Shown here piece by piece: positions 27,872 to 36,396 of a DNA stretch of 64,000 bases; position 1 is the stretch's first letter; every line of letters begins with the position of its first letter. The notes below the pieces were generated by a model, which worked only from the letters and a program-made list of their open reading frames with translations, did not search any database and was not told the DNA's origin. A program made the position numbers and the translations under genes. This DNA is from an uncultured Bacteroidales bacterium (GTDB lineage Bacteria; Bacteroidota; Bacteroidia; Bacteroidales; Paludibacteraceae), in NCBI GenBank assembly GCA_946617165.1, contig CAMOJP010000001.1:2004-66003 (forward strand). Direction: 5' to 3'.

Positions 27872-28714
27872 CATCCGATGCGGGGAAGAAAAGAAAGAAA
27901 AACAATGCAGGGCTGAATGCCGCACATAGATATGCGGCGCATAAACGCTAACAACGGCGGAATACCGCCGGAAACAGAACAACGAAAAGCGGAAATAGGC
28001 AGGAATATGCCGGAATAGGTAGAAATAGGCAGGAATAGACAGAAATATGCCGGAATAGGCAGAAATAGGCAAACCGGCGGGCAAGGGAACAGACATCCGA
28101 TGTTAGAAAAGAACGCGGGGCTGAATGCCGCACATAGATATGCGGCGCATAAACGCTAACAACGGCGGAATACCGCCGGAAACAGAACAACGAAAAGCGG
28201 AAATAGGCAGGAATATGCCGGAATAGGTAGAAATAGGCAGGAATAGACAGAAATATGCCGGAATAGGCAGAAATAGGCAAACCGGCGGGCAAGGGAACCG
28301 ACATCCGATGTTAGAAGAACACGGGGCTGAAGAGCCGCGAAGCTAACGAAGTAGAAAGTCGAAAGGTGCCTACGGGCACTCCGATAAATGTCGAAAGCAA
28401 AGGTCGCACATCAATGTGCGGCGCATAAACGCTAACAACGGCGGAATACCGCCGGAAACAGAACAACGAAAAGCGGAAACAGGCAGGAATAGGCCGGAAT
28501 AGGCCGGAATAGGCAGAAATAGGCAGAAATAGGCACACCGGCAGGCAAGGGAACCGATATCCGATGTTAGAAAAGAACGCGGGGCAGAAGAGCCGCGAAG
28601 CTAACAAATTCAGAAGTCGAAAGCGATTAGTCGAAAGTCGAAAGGGGCCTACGGACACTACGATAAATGTCAAAAGTCGAAAGGTGCCTACGGGCACTCC
28701 GATAAATGTCAAAA
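27872..28714. repeat. Macro-tandem repeat: four units of 222/208/257/about 155 bp containing 10-bp sub-arrays and GC hairpins
   Basis: CATCCGATG marks the unit boundaries at 27872, 28094, 28302 and 28559. Regions 27910-28107 and 28118-28315 are nearly identical. 8 x 10 bp GRAATAKRYM occurs at 27991-28070 and again in later units. Confidence 0.9.
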
Positions 28715-28754
28715 GGCGAGAGGGCGTTGGAGAGGCGAGAGGGCGTTGGAGAGG
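28715..28754. repeat. Tandem repeat, 2 x 20 bp (GGCGAGAGGGCGTTGGAGAG)
   Basis: Perfect copies at 28715-28734 and 28735-28754. Confidence 0.9.
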
Positions 28755-28803
28755 TAAAAATATAGAATAATTATTCTATCCGGTTCATTTTTATGCTAAA
28801 AAA

Positions 28804-28835
28804 TTTGCATATGTGTAAATTTTGTTGTACCTTTG
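28804..28835 (+). promoter_or_regulatory. Promoter of the VOC / oxoamine synthase / SDR operon (-33 TTTG / -7 TACCTTTG, 20-nt spacer)
   Basis: TTTGCATATGTGTAAATTTTGTTGTACCTTTG. It implies a leader of about 210 nt before ATG 29053. Confidence 0.55.
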
Positions 28836-28863
28836 CACGCCGAAATGTGGAAATTGCAACAAG

Positions 28864-29030
28864 CCAATAAGATAATACAATAACAGGCAAACAAAAGCAA
28901 TACAATAACAGGCAAACAAAAGCAATGCAATAACATGCCAATAAGATAATACAATAACAGGCAAACAAAAGCAACACAATAACAGGCAAACAAAAGCAAT
29001 ACAATAACAAGCTCATAAGATAACAACAAG
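28864..29030. repeat. CA-rich tandem repeats in the leader: 25-bp unit (AACAGGCAAACAAAAGCAAYACAAT) x4 nested in a 74-bp unit x2.2
   Basis: AACAGGC starts at 28882, 28907, 28956 and 28981. CCAATAAGATAAT occurs at 28864 and 28938, with a partial copy at 29012. Confidence 0.88.
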
Positions 29031-29052
29031 CAAATAAAAGTTATACAATATT

Positions 29053-30126
29053 ATGGACAAATTTTTAATATCAGGCATCCAGCAAATAGGCGTAGGAACC
29101 GAGAACTTCCGCAAGTCATGGAATTGGTTCATTGAGATGTTCGGCATAGATGTCAAGATACTGGAAGATGACACGGTAGCGGAGCGTATGCTTCCCTACA
29201 CGGGCGGTGAAGCTCAGAAGCGTCATGCGTGCATAGCGGTGAACCTGCAAGGCGGTGGCGGCTTTGAGATATGGCAATACTCCGAGCGCACTCCCGTTTC
29301 CGCCAAATTCAATCCTGCAGTAGGCGACCTTGGTATATTTGCCGCGAAAGTCAAATGCCGCGATGTAGAAGCCTTCTACAAGAAGATACATCAGAAATGG
29401 ACGGAGTGCAGTCCTATTGCCACGCTGCCGGACGGGACGCCCTGTTTTTATGTCCGTGACCTGTACGGGAACTGTTTTCAGTTAGTGGAAGACAAGCGTG
29501 TTTTCATTAACGAGCACAAGCTAACAGGCGGCATTATCGGTGCCGTAGTGGGTGTAACGGATATGGCGAAATCCATTGCGTTCTACAAAGAGATATTAGG
29601 TTACGACACTGTAGTATATGATGAGACGGGAGTCTTTAGCGACTGGCAGTTGCTTGACTGTCCGAATGCGAAGTGCCGTCGTGTACTGCTTGCGTGTTCC
29701 AAGTCTCGGAAAGGAGCCTTTTCCGAGTTGATGGGAGAGAGCAGGATTGAGTTGGTTCAGGCATTAGAGCGCACTCCCCGTAAGATTTACGAAGGTCGTT
29801 ACTGGGGCGATCCGGGTTTTATACAGATATGCTTTGACGTAAGCGGCATGCGTGAGTTAGGCAAGTTCTGCGCCCAAAAAGGTTACCCATTCACGGTGGA
29901 CAGTTGTCCCGGCGACGAGGTATTCGACATGGGGGAAGCTTCGGGTCACTTTACTTATATAGAGGACCCCGACGGTACGCTTATCGAGTTCGTTGAGACG
30001 CACAAGATTCCGGTAGTGAAGAAGCTGAACTGGTATATAGACATGCGCCAACGTGACCGCGAAAAAGCGTTGCCCAAATTCCTATTCCGCATGATGGGAT
30101 TGGTGAGCCGACAAAAAGCGAAGTAG
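29053..30126 (+). CDS. VOC (glyoxalase/bleomycin-resistance/dioxygenase fold) family protein, two-module
   Basis: 357 aa with two beta-alpha-beta-beta-beta-like modules (IQQIGVGTENF.., IIGAVVGVTDM..) and a DPDGTLIEFVE motif. Confidence 0.65.
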   Translation: MDKFLISGIQQIGVGTENFRKSWNWFIEMFGIDVKILEDDTVAERMLPYTGGEAQKRHACIAVNLQGGGGFEIWQYSERTPVSAKFNPAVGDLGIFAAKVKCRDVEAFYKKIHQKWTECSPIATLPDGTPCFYVRDLYGNCFQLVEDKRVFINEHKLTGGIIGAVVGVTDMAKSIAFYKEILGYDTVVYDETGVFSDWQLLDCPNAKCRRVLLACSKSRKGAFSELMGESRIELVQALERTPRKIYEGRYWGDPGFIQICFDVSGMRELGKFCAQKGYPFTVDSCPGDEVFDMGEASGHFTYIEDPDGTLIEFVETHKIPVVKKLNWYIDMRQRDREKALPKFLFRMMGLVSRQKAK

Positions 30127-30170
30127 CGGAAATCATAAAAGGTAGATATTAACATTTAGATTTATACATT

Positions 30171-31436
30171 ATGCAAGTTGACATTTTTGACAAGATCAGG
30201 AAATCGTCCGGTGGACCTATTGGTCAGTATCGTGATCGTGCGGAAGGTTATTTTACTTTCCCGAAGTTAGAAGGCGAATTAGGTCCTCATATGCGTTTTA
30301 ACGGGCAGGAAGTTCTCACATGGAGTTTGAACAACTATCTCGGTTTGGCCAATCATCCGGAGGTCCGCCGTGTAGATGCTGAGGCAGCTGCCAAATGGGG
30401 CATGGCCTATCCGATGGGCAGCCGTATGATGACAGGTCAGACAGCTCTTCATGAGAAGTTGGAGCAGATGCTCGCCAAGTTTGAGAAGAAAGAGGCCGCA
30501 TTTCTGTTCAACTTCGGTTACCAAGGCATTCTCTCTACGATTGATTCTTTAGTAAGCAGACACGATGTTATTGTATATGATGCAGAGGCTCACGCCTGCC
30601 TGCTTGACGGAATACGTCTGCATATCGGCGACAAATTCAAATTCCGTCACAACGACATTGCGGACTGCGAGAAAGTATTGGCTCGTGCCTGCTCTATAGC
30701 CGATAAGAACGGCGGCGGTGTATTGTTGATTACGGAAGGAGTGTTCGGTATGACCGGTGCGTTAGGTATTCTGGACCAGATTGTAGCCCTCAAGAAGAAA
30801 TATTCGTTCCGCTTCCTGATTGATGATGCTCACGGTTTCGGTGTGATGGGCGAACACGGACGCGGTACGTCGGAGCACTTCGGTGTGATGGACGGTGTGG
30901 ATATTTATATCGGTGCCTATGCCAAGTCCATGGCCACTATCGGCGGCTTCGTTGCGTCAGAGAAAGATATCATCACTTACCTGCGCTATAACATGCGTTC
31001 TCAGATGTACGCCAAAGCGTTGCCTATGCCTATTGTTGAAGGATGTATCAAACGGCTTGAGATTATCGACAGTCCGGAAGGCGACCAGTTGCGTGCTCAT
31101 TTGTGGGAAGTGACGCGCCGCATCCAGAAGGGTTTCCGTGATCTGGGTTACGAAATAGGTCCGGCAGAAGCGTGCGTTACTCCTGTTCACCTCTACTGCG
31201 GCATCAACCAGGCAACGAATATTGCAGTTGACCTGCGCGAGAACTACCATATATTCTGCTCCATTGTCTGCTATCCTGTTATTCCTCCCGGAATGCTTAT
31301 TTTCCGTATTATACCTACTGCAGCTCACTCGTTCGAGGACGTAGACCGCACATTGGCGGCATTCAAGGATATCAAGGAACGCCTTGCTAAGGGAGAATAC
31401 GACAAAGAGATACCTGATATGGCATTAATCAAGTAA
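30171..31436 (+). CDS. PLP-dependent alpha-oxoamine synthase, serine-palmitoyltransferase-like
   Basis: Motifs NNYLGLANHP, DDAHGFGVMG and the PLP-lysine segment GAYAKSMATIGGFVAS. The KS....GGFV pattern resembles SPT rather than KBL or BioF. Confidence 0.85.
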   Translation: MQVDIFDKIRKSSGGPIGQYRDRAEGYFTFPKLEGELGPHMRFNGQEVLTWSLNNYLGLANHPEVRRVDAEAAAKWGMAYPMGSRMMTGQTALHEKLEQMLAKFEKKEAAFLFNFGYQGILSTIDSLVSRHDVIVYDAEAHACLLDGIRLHIGDKFKFRHNDIADCEKVLARACSIADKNGGGVLLITEGVFGMTGALGILDQIVALKKKYSFRFLIDDAHGFGVMGEHGRGTSEHFGVMDGVDIYIGAYAKSMATIGGFVASEKDIITYLRYNMRSQMYAKALPMPIVEGCIKRLEIIDSPEGDQLRAHLWEVTRRIQKGFRDLGYEIGPAEACVTPVHLYCGINQATNIAVDLRENYHIFCSIVCYPVIPPGMLIFRIIPTAAHSFEDVDRTLAAFKDIKERLAKGEYDKEIPDMALIK

Positions 31437-31437
31437 T

Positions 31438-32223
31438 ATGAATACCGTTTGGATAACCGGTGCCTCGAGCGGCATAGGCGAAGCATGTGCTTACCGTTAT
31501 GCGACTCAAGGCGACCAACTCATATTGACGTCATCGTCTCGGGAGCGCCTTGAAGTTGTTGCCGAGCGATGCCGTCAGTACGGTGCAGGCAACGTATATG
31601 TTCTGCCGAGTGACCTAAGCGATTTAGAAGGTGTCGGTCTGCTTGTCCGGCAAGCCTGGGACCGGTTCGGCGGAATTGATATTCTCTTTCTGAATGCGGG
31701 TATCAGCCAACGTACGAACGTTGAAGATACGACGATGGATATGGTTCGTCAGATTATGGAGATTAACTACTTTGCTCCTGTAGCGATTGCCAAAGCCATT
31801 TTGCCGATGATGCTGAGTGCCGGCGGCGGAAATATAGCGGTAACCACCTCGATAGCAGGTAAATTCGGTTTTCCGTTACGTTGTGCATACAGTTCCTCCA
31901 AGCATGCGCTATACGGATTTTTCGAGACCCTTCGTGCGGAATACTACGACAAGTACATCCGCGTTACCATTGTTTGCCCCGGTCGCGTAAGGACCAATAT
32001 CTCTGTCCGGGCGCTTGACAAAGGCGGTCAGCCTCACGGCATCATGGACCCGGGTCAAGATAAAGGCATGCAAGTGGATGTGGCAGCACGTAAGATTGTA
32101 AAAGCTATCCGCAAGGGCAAGCGCGAGATTTATATCGGGCGAGGCGAATTAATAATGGTGGATATCAAGCGTTTCTTCCCCGGTCTATGTGCCTGGCTTG
32201 CTCGCCGCATCAAACCTACCTAA
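31438..32223 (+). CDS. Short-chain dehydrogenase/reductase (SDR)
   Basis: Motifs TGASSGIGEA, NAG and YSSSKHAL (catalytic YxxxK). It starts 1 nt after the upstream stop codon. Confidence 0.85.
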   Translation: MNTVWITGASSGIGEACAYRYATQGDQLILTSSSRERLEVVAERCRQYGAGNVYVLPSDLSDLEGVGLLVRQAWDRFGGIDILFLNAGISQRTNVEDTTMDMVRQIMEINYFAPVAIAKAILPMMLSAGGGNIAVTTSIAGKFGFPLRCAYSSSKHALYGFFETLRAEYYDKYIRVTIVCPGRVRTNISVRALDKGGQPHGIMDPGQDKGMQVDVAARKIVKAIRKGKREIYIGRGELIMVDIKRFFPGLCAWLARRIKPT

Positions 32224-32244
32224 GCAGCTCGTATGGGATAAAAC

Positions 32245-32272
32245 AAGAAAGTCCCCGAGCGGAGACTTTCTT
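32245..32272. terminator. 12-bp-stem hairpin between the SDR gene and tRNA-Gln (bidirectional terminator candidate)
   Basis: AAGAAAGTCCCC-GAGC-GGAGACTTTCTT. On the minus strand it is followed by GTTTTAT. Confidence 0.55.
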
Positions 32273-32276
32273 AGAG

Positions 32277-32347
32277 TTGCCTAACCAGGACTCGAACCCA
32301 GACAGACAGAACCAGAATCTGTAGTGCTACCATTACACCATTAGGCA
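32277..32347 (-). tRNA. tRNA-Gln (anticodon CTG)
   Basis: Minus strand reads TGCCTAATGGTGTAATGGTAGCACTACAGATTCTGGTTCTGTCTGTCTGGGTTCGAGTCCTGGTTAGGCAA. Acceptor TGCCTAA/TTAGGCA, anticodon loop TTCTGGT. Confidence 0.8.
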
Positions 32348-32366
32348 TTGCTTTCAAAAGCGGCTG

Positions 32367-32398
32367 CAAAAGTACTACATTTTTTTCAATCCTACAAA
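32367..32398 (-). promoter_or_regulatory. tRNA-Gln promoter (-33 TTTG / -7 TACTTTTG, 20-nt spacer)
   Basis: Minus strand reads TTTGTAGGATTGAAAAAAATGTAGTACTTTTG. The -7 box ends 19 nt before the mature tRNA 5' end. Confidence 0.6.
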
Positions 32399-32453
32399 TT
32401 TTTGGAGAGAAAAATGAAATAAAAAAACAAATAACAAAGTTTTTGACCACATA

Positions 32454-32768
32454 ATGAACGAATTTTTGGAGAAGGAAGAACAAGTTTTGAAGATGCTAAA
32501 GACCGTATTTGATCCGGAGATTCCTGTTAACATCTACGACTTGGGGCTGATATACAAAATCGACATTCAAGATGACGGTGTGTGCAATATAGACATGACC
32601 CTTACCGCGCCGTCATGCCCAGCCGCCGACTTCTTAGTGGAAGATATCGAGCAGAAAGTGAGAAGCGTCGAAGGCATCACAAAAGTGCAAGTCAATATTG
32701 TTTTTGAGCCTGAATGGACCAAAGACATGATGTCCGATGAGGCCAAACTTGAATTAGGATTTATGTAA
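32454..32768 (+). CDS. DUF59 / SufT-like iron-sulfur cluster assembly protein
   Basis: Motifs FDPEIPVNIYDLGLIY and MTLTAPSCP. Confidence 0.8.
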   Translation: MNEFLEKEEQVLKMLKTVFDPEIPVNIYDLGLIYKIDIQDDGVCNIDMTLTAPSCPAADFLVEDIEQKVRSVEGITKVQVNIVFEPEWTKDMMSDEAKLELGFM

Positions 32769-32769
32769 T

Positions 32770-33552
32770 ATGATTTACTTTCTCAGTGACCTGCACCTCG
32801 GTTCTTTAGCATTTGAGAACCGAGTAGTACACCAAAATAAAGTCATCAGCCTGCTCAATGAAATGGGTCGCGATGCCAGTGCGATTTATTTGTTAGGGGA
32901 TGTGTTTGACTTTTGGCACGAGTACTACTGGCCAGACCGCAGCAAGAAACAGTTCGAGCCACTTCTGAAAGTCATCAGGAATCTCGTCAAGCGAGGAATC
33001 AAGGTACACTTCTTTATTGGCAACCACGACATGTGGACCTATGGTCAACTCTGCAAAAAGACGGGGATGATTATACATTATACGCCTTGTACGGTTACGC
33101 TCAAAGGTAAATCTGTTTATTTGGCACACGGTGACGGCCTGCTGCCGTCCTACTACGAGCGACTCTATCCTCCACAAATAGTAAAAAAGATACACTCTTT
33201 TATCCGTCTTCGCTCTGTTTTTCACAATCCTATTCCGCGTTTTCTGTATCGCTGCATGCCTCCCTTTATCGGTAACGCCATCGGTTATAATTGGGCAAAG
33301 AGCAGCCGTTTGAAGGAAATGGCCAATCCACTGGCATACAAGGGCGAAGATAAAGAAGAACTGGTGCTCTACGCCAAAGAGATGGAAGAGAACTATCACC
33401 ACGACTACTATATTTTCGGACACAGACACATCGACTTAGACTTGCAGATAAACCCCTCTTCACGCGTAATTATTTTAGGCGACTGCTTTAAGCTCTTCAC
33501 CTACGCGCAAATGGACCATGACGGCAATCTGCAACTCAAAACAGTGAACTAA
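32770..33552 (+). CDS. lpxH: UDP-2,3-diacylglucosamine diphosphatase
   Basis: Calcineurin-like motifs (FLSDLHLG, LLGDVFDFW, GNHD, AHGD, GHRH). Confidence 0.78.
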   Translation: MIYFLSDLHLGSLAFENRVVHQNKVISLLNEMGRDASAIYLLGDVFDFWHEYYWPDRSKKQFEPLLKVIRNLVKRGIKVHFFIGNHDMWTYGQLCKKTGMIIHYTPCTVTLKGKSVYLAHGDGLLPSYYERLYPPQIVKKIHSFIRLRSVFHNPIPRFLYRCMPPFIGNAIGYNWAKSSRLKEMANPLAYKGEDKEELVLYAKEMEENYHHDYYIFGHRHIDLDLQINPSSRVIILGDCFKLFTYAQMDHDGNLQLKTVN

Positions 33553-33553
33553 T

Positions 33554-34351
33554 ATGCATACAAGACAAGAACAATTAGAGGCTTTTGACCGTCTGCTCAC
33601 TATAATGGACGAACTGCGCGTCAAATGTCCGTGGGATAAAAAACAGACATTCGAATCGCTTCGCCAAAACACCATCGAAGAGACCTACGAATTAGCCTCC
33701 GCACTGATTAAGAAGGACATGAACGAGATAGCTAAAGAATTAGGCGATGTGCTTCTTCATGTCATTTTCTACGCCAAGATAGCCTCCGAAACCGATGAGT
33801 TTGACATTGCAGACGTGTGCAACCGTTTATGCGACAAACTCATCTTCCGCCATCCGCACGTATATGGGGAACAAGCGGCACAAAACGCAGAGGAAGTGAG
33901 TCATCTTTGGGAGCAAGTAAAGCTCAAAGAGAAAGGCGGCAACAAGACGGTTCTTGGCGGTATCCCGGAGGCCTTACCCGCTCTGGTTAAAGCGTATCGT
34001 ATCCAAGACAAAGCAGCAAATGTAGGCTTTGACTGGGAACAGCGAGAAGATGTCTGGGAGAAAGTACGTGAAGAGATAGCCGAATTTGAGAACGAGCTGA
34101 AGGATAACAACCCGACCAATAGAGAGGCCGAATTCGGAGATTTGCTCTTTAGTTTAGTGAACGTTGCACGACTATACAAACTCAAGCCGGATAATGCACT
34201 TGAGAAGACCAATCAGAAGTTCATACGACGTTTTAACTATATAGAGCAGCAGGCACTCGCTTCCGGAAAGCCGTTGCAGGAACTGACTCTTGACGAAATG
34301 GAAGCGCTCTGGCAAGAAGCAAAGACTGCATCTAACGGACAGGCTGGGTAA
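33554..34351 (+). CDS. mazG: Nucleoside triphosphate pyrophosphohydrolase MazG
   Basis: Motifs CPWD..QT..SL....IEE.YE and EE.GD.L, with a duplicated MazG domain. Confidence 0.9.
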   Translation: MHTRQEQLEAFDRLLTIMDELRVKCPWDKKQTFESLRQNTIEETYELASALIKKDMNEIAKELGDVLLHVIFYAKIASETDEFDIADVCNRLCDKLIFRHPHVYGEQAAQNAEEVSHLWEQVKLKEKGGNKTVLGGIPEALPALVKAYRIQDKAANVGFDWEQREDVWEKVREEIAEFENELKDNNPTNREAEFGDLLFSLVNVARLYKLKPDNALEKTNQKFIRRFNYIEQQALASGKPLQELTLDEMEALWQEAKTASNGQAG

Positions 34352-34835
34352 AAGACAAGGAAGACGGGGAGTACTTGGAATCGGACGACACCTTCATGGA
34401 TACATTGGCGTTACCACTCTTACGGGCTATATAGAACAACGGCAAAGAAGCTGCGTTATATCCGGACTTGAAATAGAAAATTCCTTTTGACAAATCCGAG
34501 TCACCCGTTAATGCGCTCTCTAATTCCTTATACGATATAAAATTGTACTTAATCAAGTTCGTATCAGTCTCAAAAACAAAATCGTTTAACGTATTGGTTA
34601 CGGCATTGAGCAATATATCCACGCGCACAGTGTCCCCCACGGAAATCGAATCCAGCACATACGTATCGCCGACTGTTTTAACCCCCAGAGTATCCGCTTT
34701 AGCGGAGGAACCCTGATGGGTAACGGTAAAATAGGACATATAAATACGAGGCGAAGACTGCGGTTCCTCGTTCGTTTTGCAGGCGCTTAAAAGAAAAAGC
34801 ACCATAACCATGGCGCAAAAAATGTATTTTTTCAT
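34332..34835 (-). CDS. Hypothetical lipoprotein
   Basis: Lipobox LLSAC. Start set to MKKYIF (ATG 34835) to avoid overlapping tRNA-Leu. No family recognised. Confidence 0.5.
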   Translation of the reverse strand: MKKYIFCAMVMVLFLLSACKTNEEPQSSPRIYMSYFTVTHQGSSAKADTLGVKTVGDTYVLDSISVGDTVRVDILLNAVTNTLNDFVFETDTNLIKYNFISYKELESALTGDSDLSKGIFYFKSGYNAASLPLFYIARKSGNANVSMKVSSDSKYSPSSLSFTQPVR

Positions 34836-34839
34836 AGTG

Positions 34840-34921
34840 TGCGGCATAAAGGACTCGAACCTTCACTCTGTTAGGAACTAGATCCTAAGTCTAGCGCGTC
34901 TACCAATTCCGCCAATGCCGC
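34840..34921 (-). tRNA. tRNA-Leu (anticodon TAG)
   Basis: Minus strand reads GCGGCATTGGCGGAATTGGTAGACGCGCTAGACTTAGGATCTAGTTCCTAACAGAGTGAAGGTTCGAGTCCTTTATGCCGCA. Long variable arm. A TACTTTTG -7 box sits at 34937-34944. Confidence 0.85.
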
Positions 34922-34961
34922 TCGCAAAATCGGCCGCAAAAGTACAACAAATATTTGAATT

Positions 34962-36224
34962 ATGCAAGAAAAAGATACAACTTTTTACAAATTTTTCCCT
35001 AATGGACTAAAAATTGTACATCGCCAGAGTTCATCCGAGGTGGCTTACGTAGGAATTATGGTAGGTGCCGGCACCCGCGACGAGGAGTCCCGACTCAACG
35101 GCATAGCCCATTATGTGGAGCATACTGTTTTCAAAGGCTGCACCACACCGCACGGGGATAACATCACCGCCCGACAAATCATCAATAAGATTGAAGGTAT
35201 CGGCGGCGAGATTAACGCATACACCACGAAAGAAGAAACCACGTTCTATGCCGCAACGCCTGTCGAACATTATGCACAGACGCTCCAGTTATTGGCAGAC
35301 ATGGTGCTCAGGCCGACCTTTCCGAAACATGAGACAGACAAAGAAGTCGGGGTTATCTTGGACGAGATTGAGAGTTACGAAGACAGTCCAAGCGAACTGA
35401 TTTACGATGATTTTGAGAGTCTTATTTTCCGCGGCAACCCGATTGCGATGTCTATATTAGGGACGAAAAAGACACTCCATAATATATCACGTACGCCTGC
35501 GCACGCGAAAAACTGGGTGGCCAATCACTATACTTTAGACCGTATGGTGGTATTCAGTCAAGGCAAGATGTCCTTCCAGTCCGTATGCCATCAAGTAGAG
35601 AAAGCCTTCGACTCCGTATTTCTTTCCTCACAGCCAGCCTGTCTCTTGACCAGACAACCCATCTCAGCTGTCGAGCCCTGCGAGCAGACCTTTAAGCGAC
35701 ACACTCACCAAGTACATGTCATGCTTGGAGGTTTGGCCTATCCGTTGGGGCACGAACGGCAACTGGCGGCCTACCTGCTTAATAACATATTAGGTGGCGG
35801 AAGTCTTAACTCACGCCTCAACCTCAGTCTGCGAGAACAAAAGGGACTTGTATATACCGTGGAGTCCCAATATGTTCCGCTCAGCGATACCGGGTATTGG
35901 AATATATACTTCGCCTGCGAGGCGCAGAACTTGTCGCATTGCATGGAGCTAACCGGCAAGGAACTGCAGCGACTTCGAGACGACAAGCTAACATCTCTCC
36001 AGTTGCATCGCGCCATTCAGCAACTCCACGGGCAAATGGCAATCTCAGCCGAGAATCAAGAAAACAACGTACTCGCTATGGGCAAATCCATGCTCTATCA
36101 CAATCGAGCGCTCACCTGGCAGGAAGTATTCCGAAAGATAGAAAATGTCTCCGCTGACACTTTGCAAGATGTTGCCGCCGATTTATTTGCACAAAATCAC
36201 ATTTTTACCCTATTTTATGCGTAA
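34962..36224 (+). CDS. M16-family (pitrilysin/insulinase-like) zinc peptidase
   Basis: Inverted zinc motif HYVEHTVFKG (HxxEH) near the N-terminus. Confidence 0.85.
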   Translation: MQEKDTTFYKFFPNGLKIVHRQSSSEVAYVGIMVGAGTRDEESRLNGIAHYVEHTVFKGCTTPHGDNITARQIINKIEGIGGEINAYTTKEETTFYAATPVEHYAQTLQLLADMVLRPTFPKHETDKEVGVILDEIESYEDSPSELIYDDFESLIFRGNPIAMSILGTKKTLHNISRTPAHAKNWVANHYTLDRMVVFSQGKMSFQSVCHQVEKAFDSVFLSSQPACLLTRQPISAVEPCEQTFKRHTHQVHVMLGGLAYPLGHERQLAAYLLNNILGGGSLNSRLNLSLREQKGLVYTVESQYVPLSDTGYWNIYFACEAQNLSHCMELTGKELQRLRDDKLTSLQLHRAIQQLHGQMAISAENQENNVLAMGKSMLYHNRALTWQEVFRKIENVSADTLQDVAADLFAQNHIFTLFYA

Positions 36225-36289
36225 TTTTGTCACAAAAATGGCAAAAAAAGTAAAAAAATGACATAATTGCACTCTTTTTCATAAAAATA

Positions 36290-36321
36290 TTTGCGTAATT
36301 AATATTTTTGTTGTACCTTTG
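36290..36321 (+). promoter_or_regulatory. Promoter of the SusC/SusD locus (-33 TTTG / -7 TACCTTTG, 20-nt spacer)
   Basis: TTTGCGTAATTAATATTTTTGTTGTACCTTTG, 76 nt upstream of ATG 36397. Confidence 0.55.
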
Positions 36322-36396
36322 CGCGATTTTTCGTATTTGTGCGAGAATGGACAAAATGGTAATTAATTAGTTAAGTATAAACCAAACGTACTAAAA

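Noticed and set aside
27872-28714. Possible CRISPR array.
   Set aside because: The units are 208-257 bp and are homologous along their whole length. There is no alternation of short constant repeats with unique spacers, and no cas genes are present in the window.
27363-29029. Minus-strand ORFs of 60-133 aa across the repeat tract, including two with identical 62-aa N-termini.
   Set aside because: They are translations of tandem repeats, with biased composition (F, L, C, Y, R, S) and no promoter or start context. The identical N-termini simply reflect the 208-bp DNA duplication.
32271-32483. A 70-aa minus-strand ORF.
   Set aside because: It covers tRNA-Gln and its promoter.
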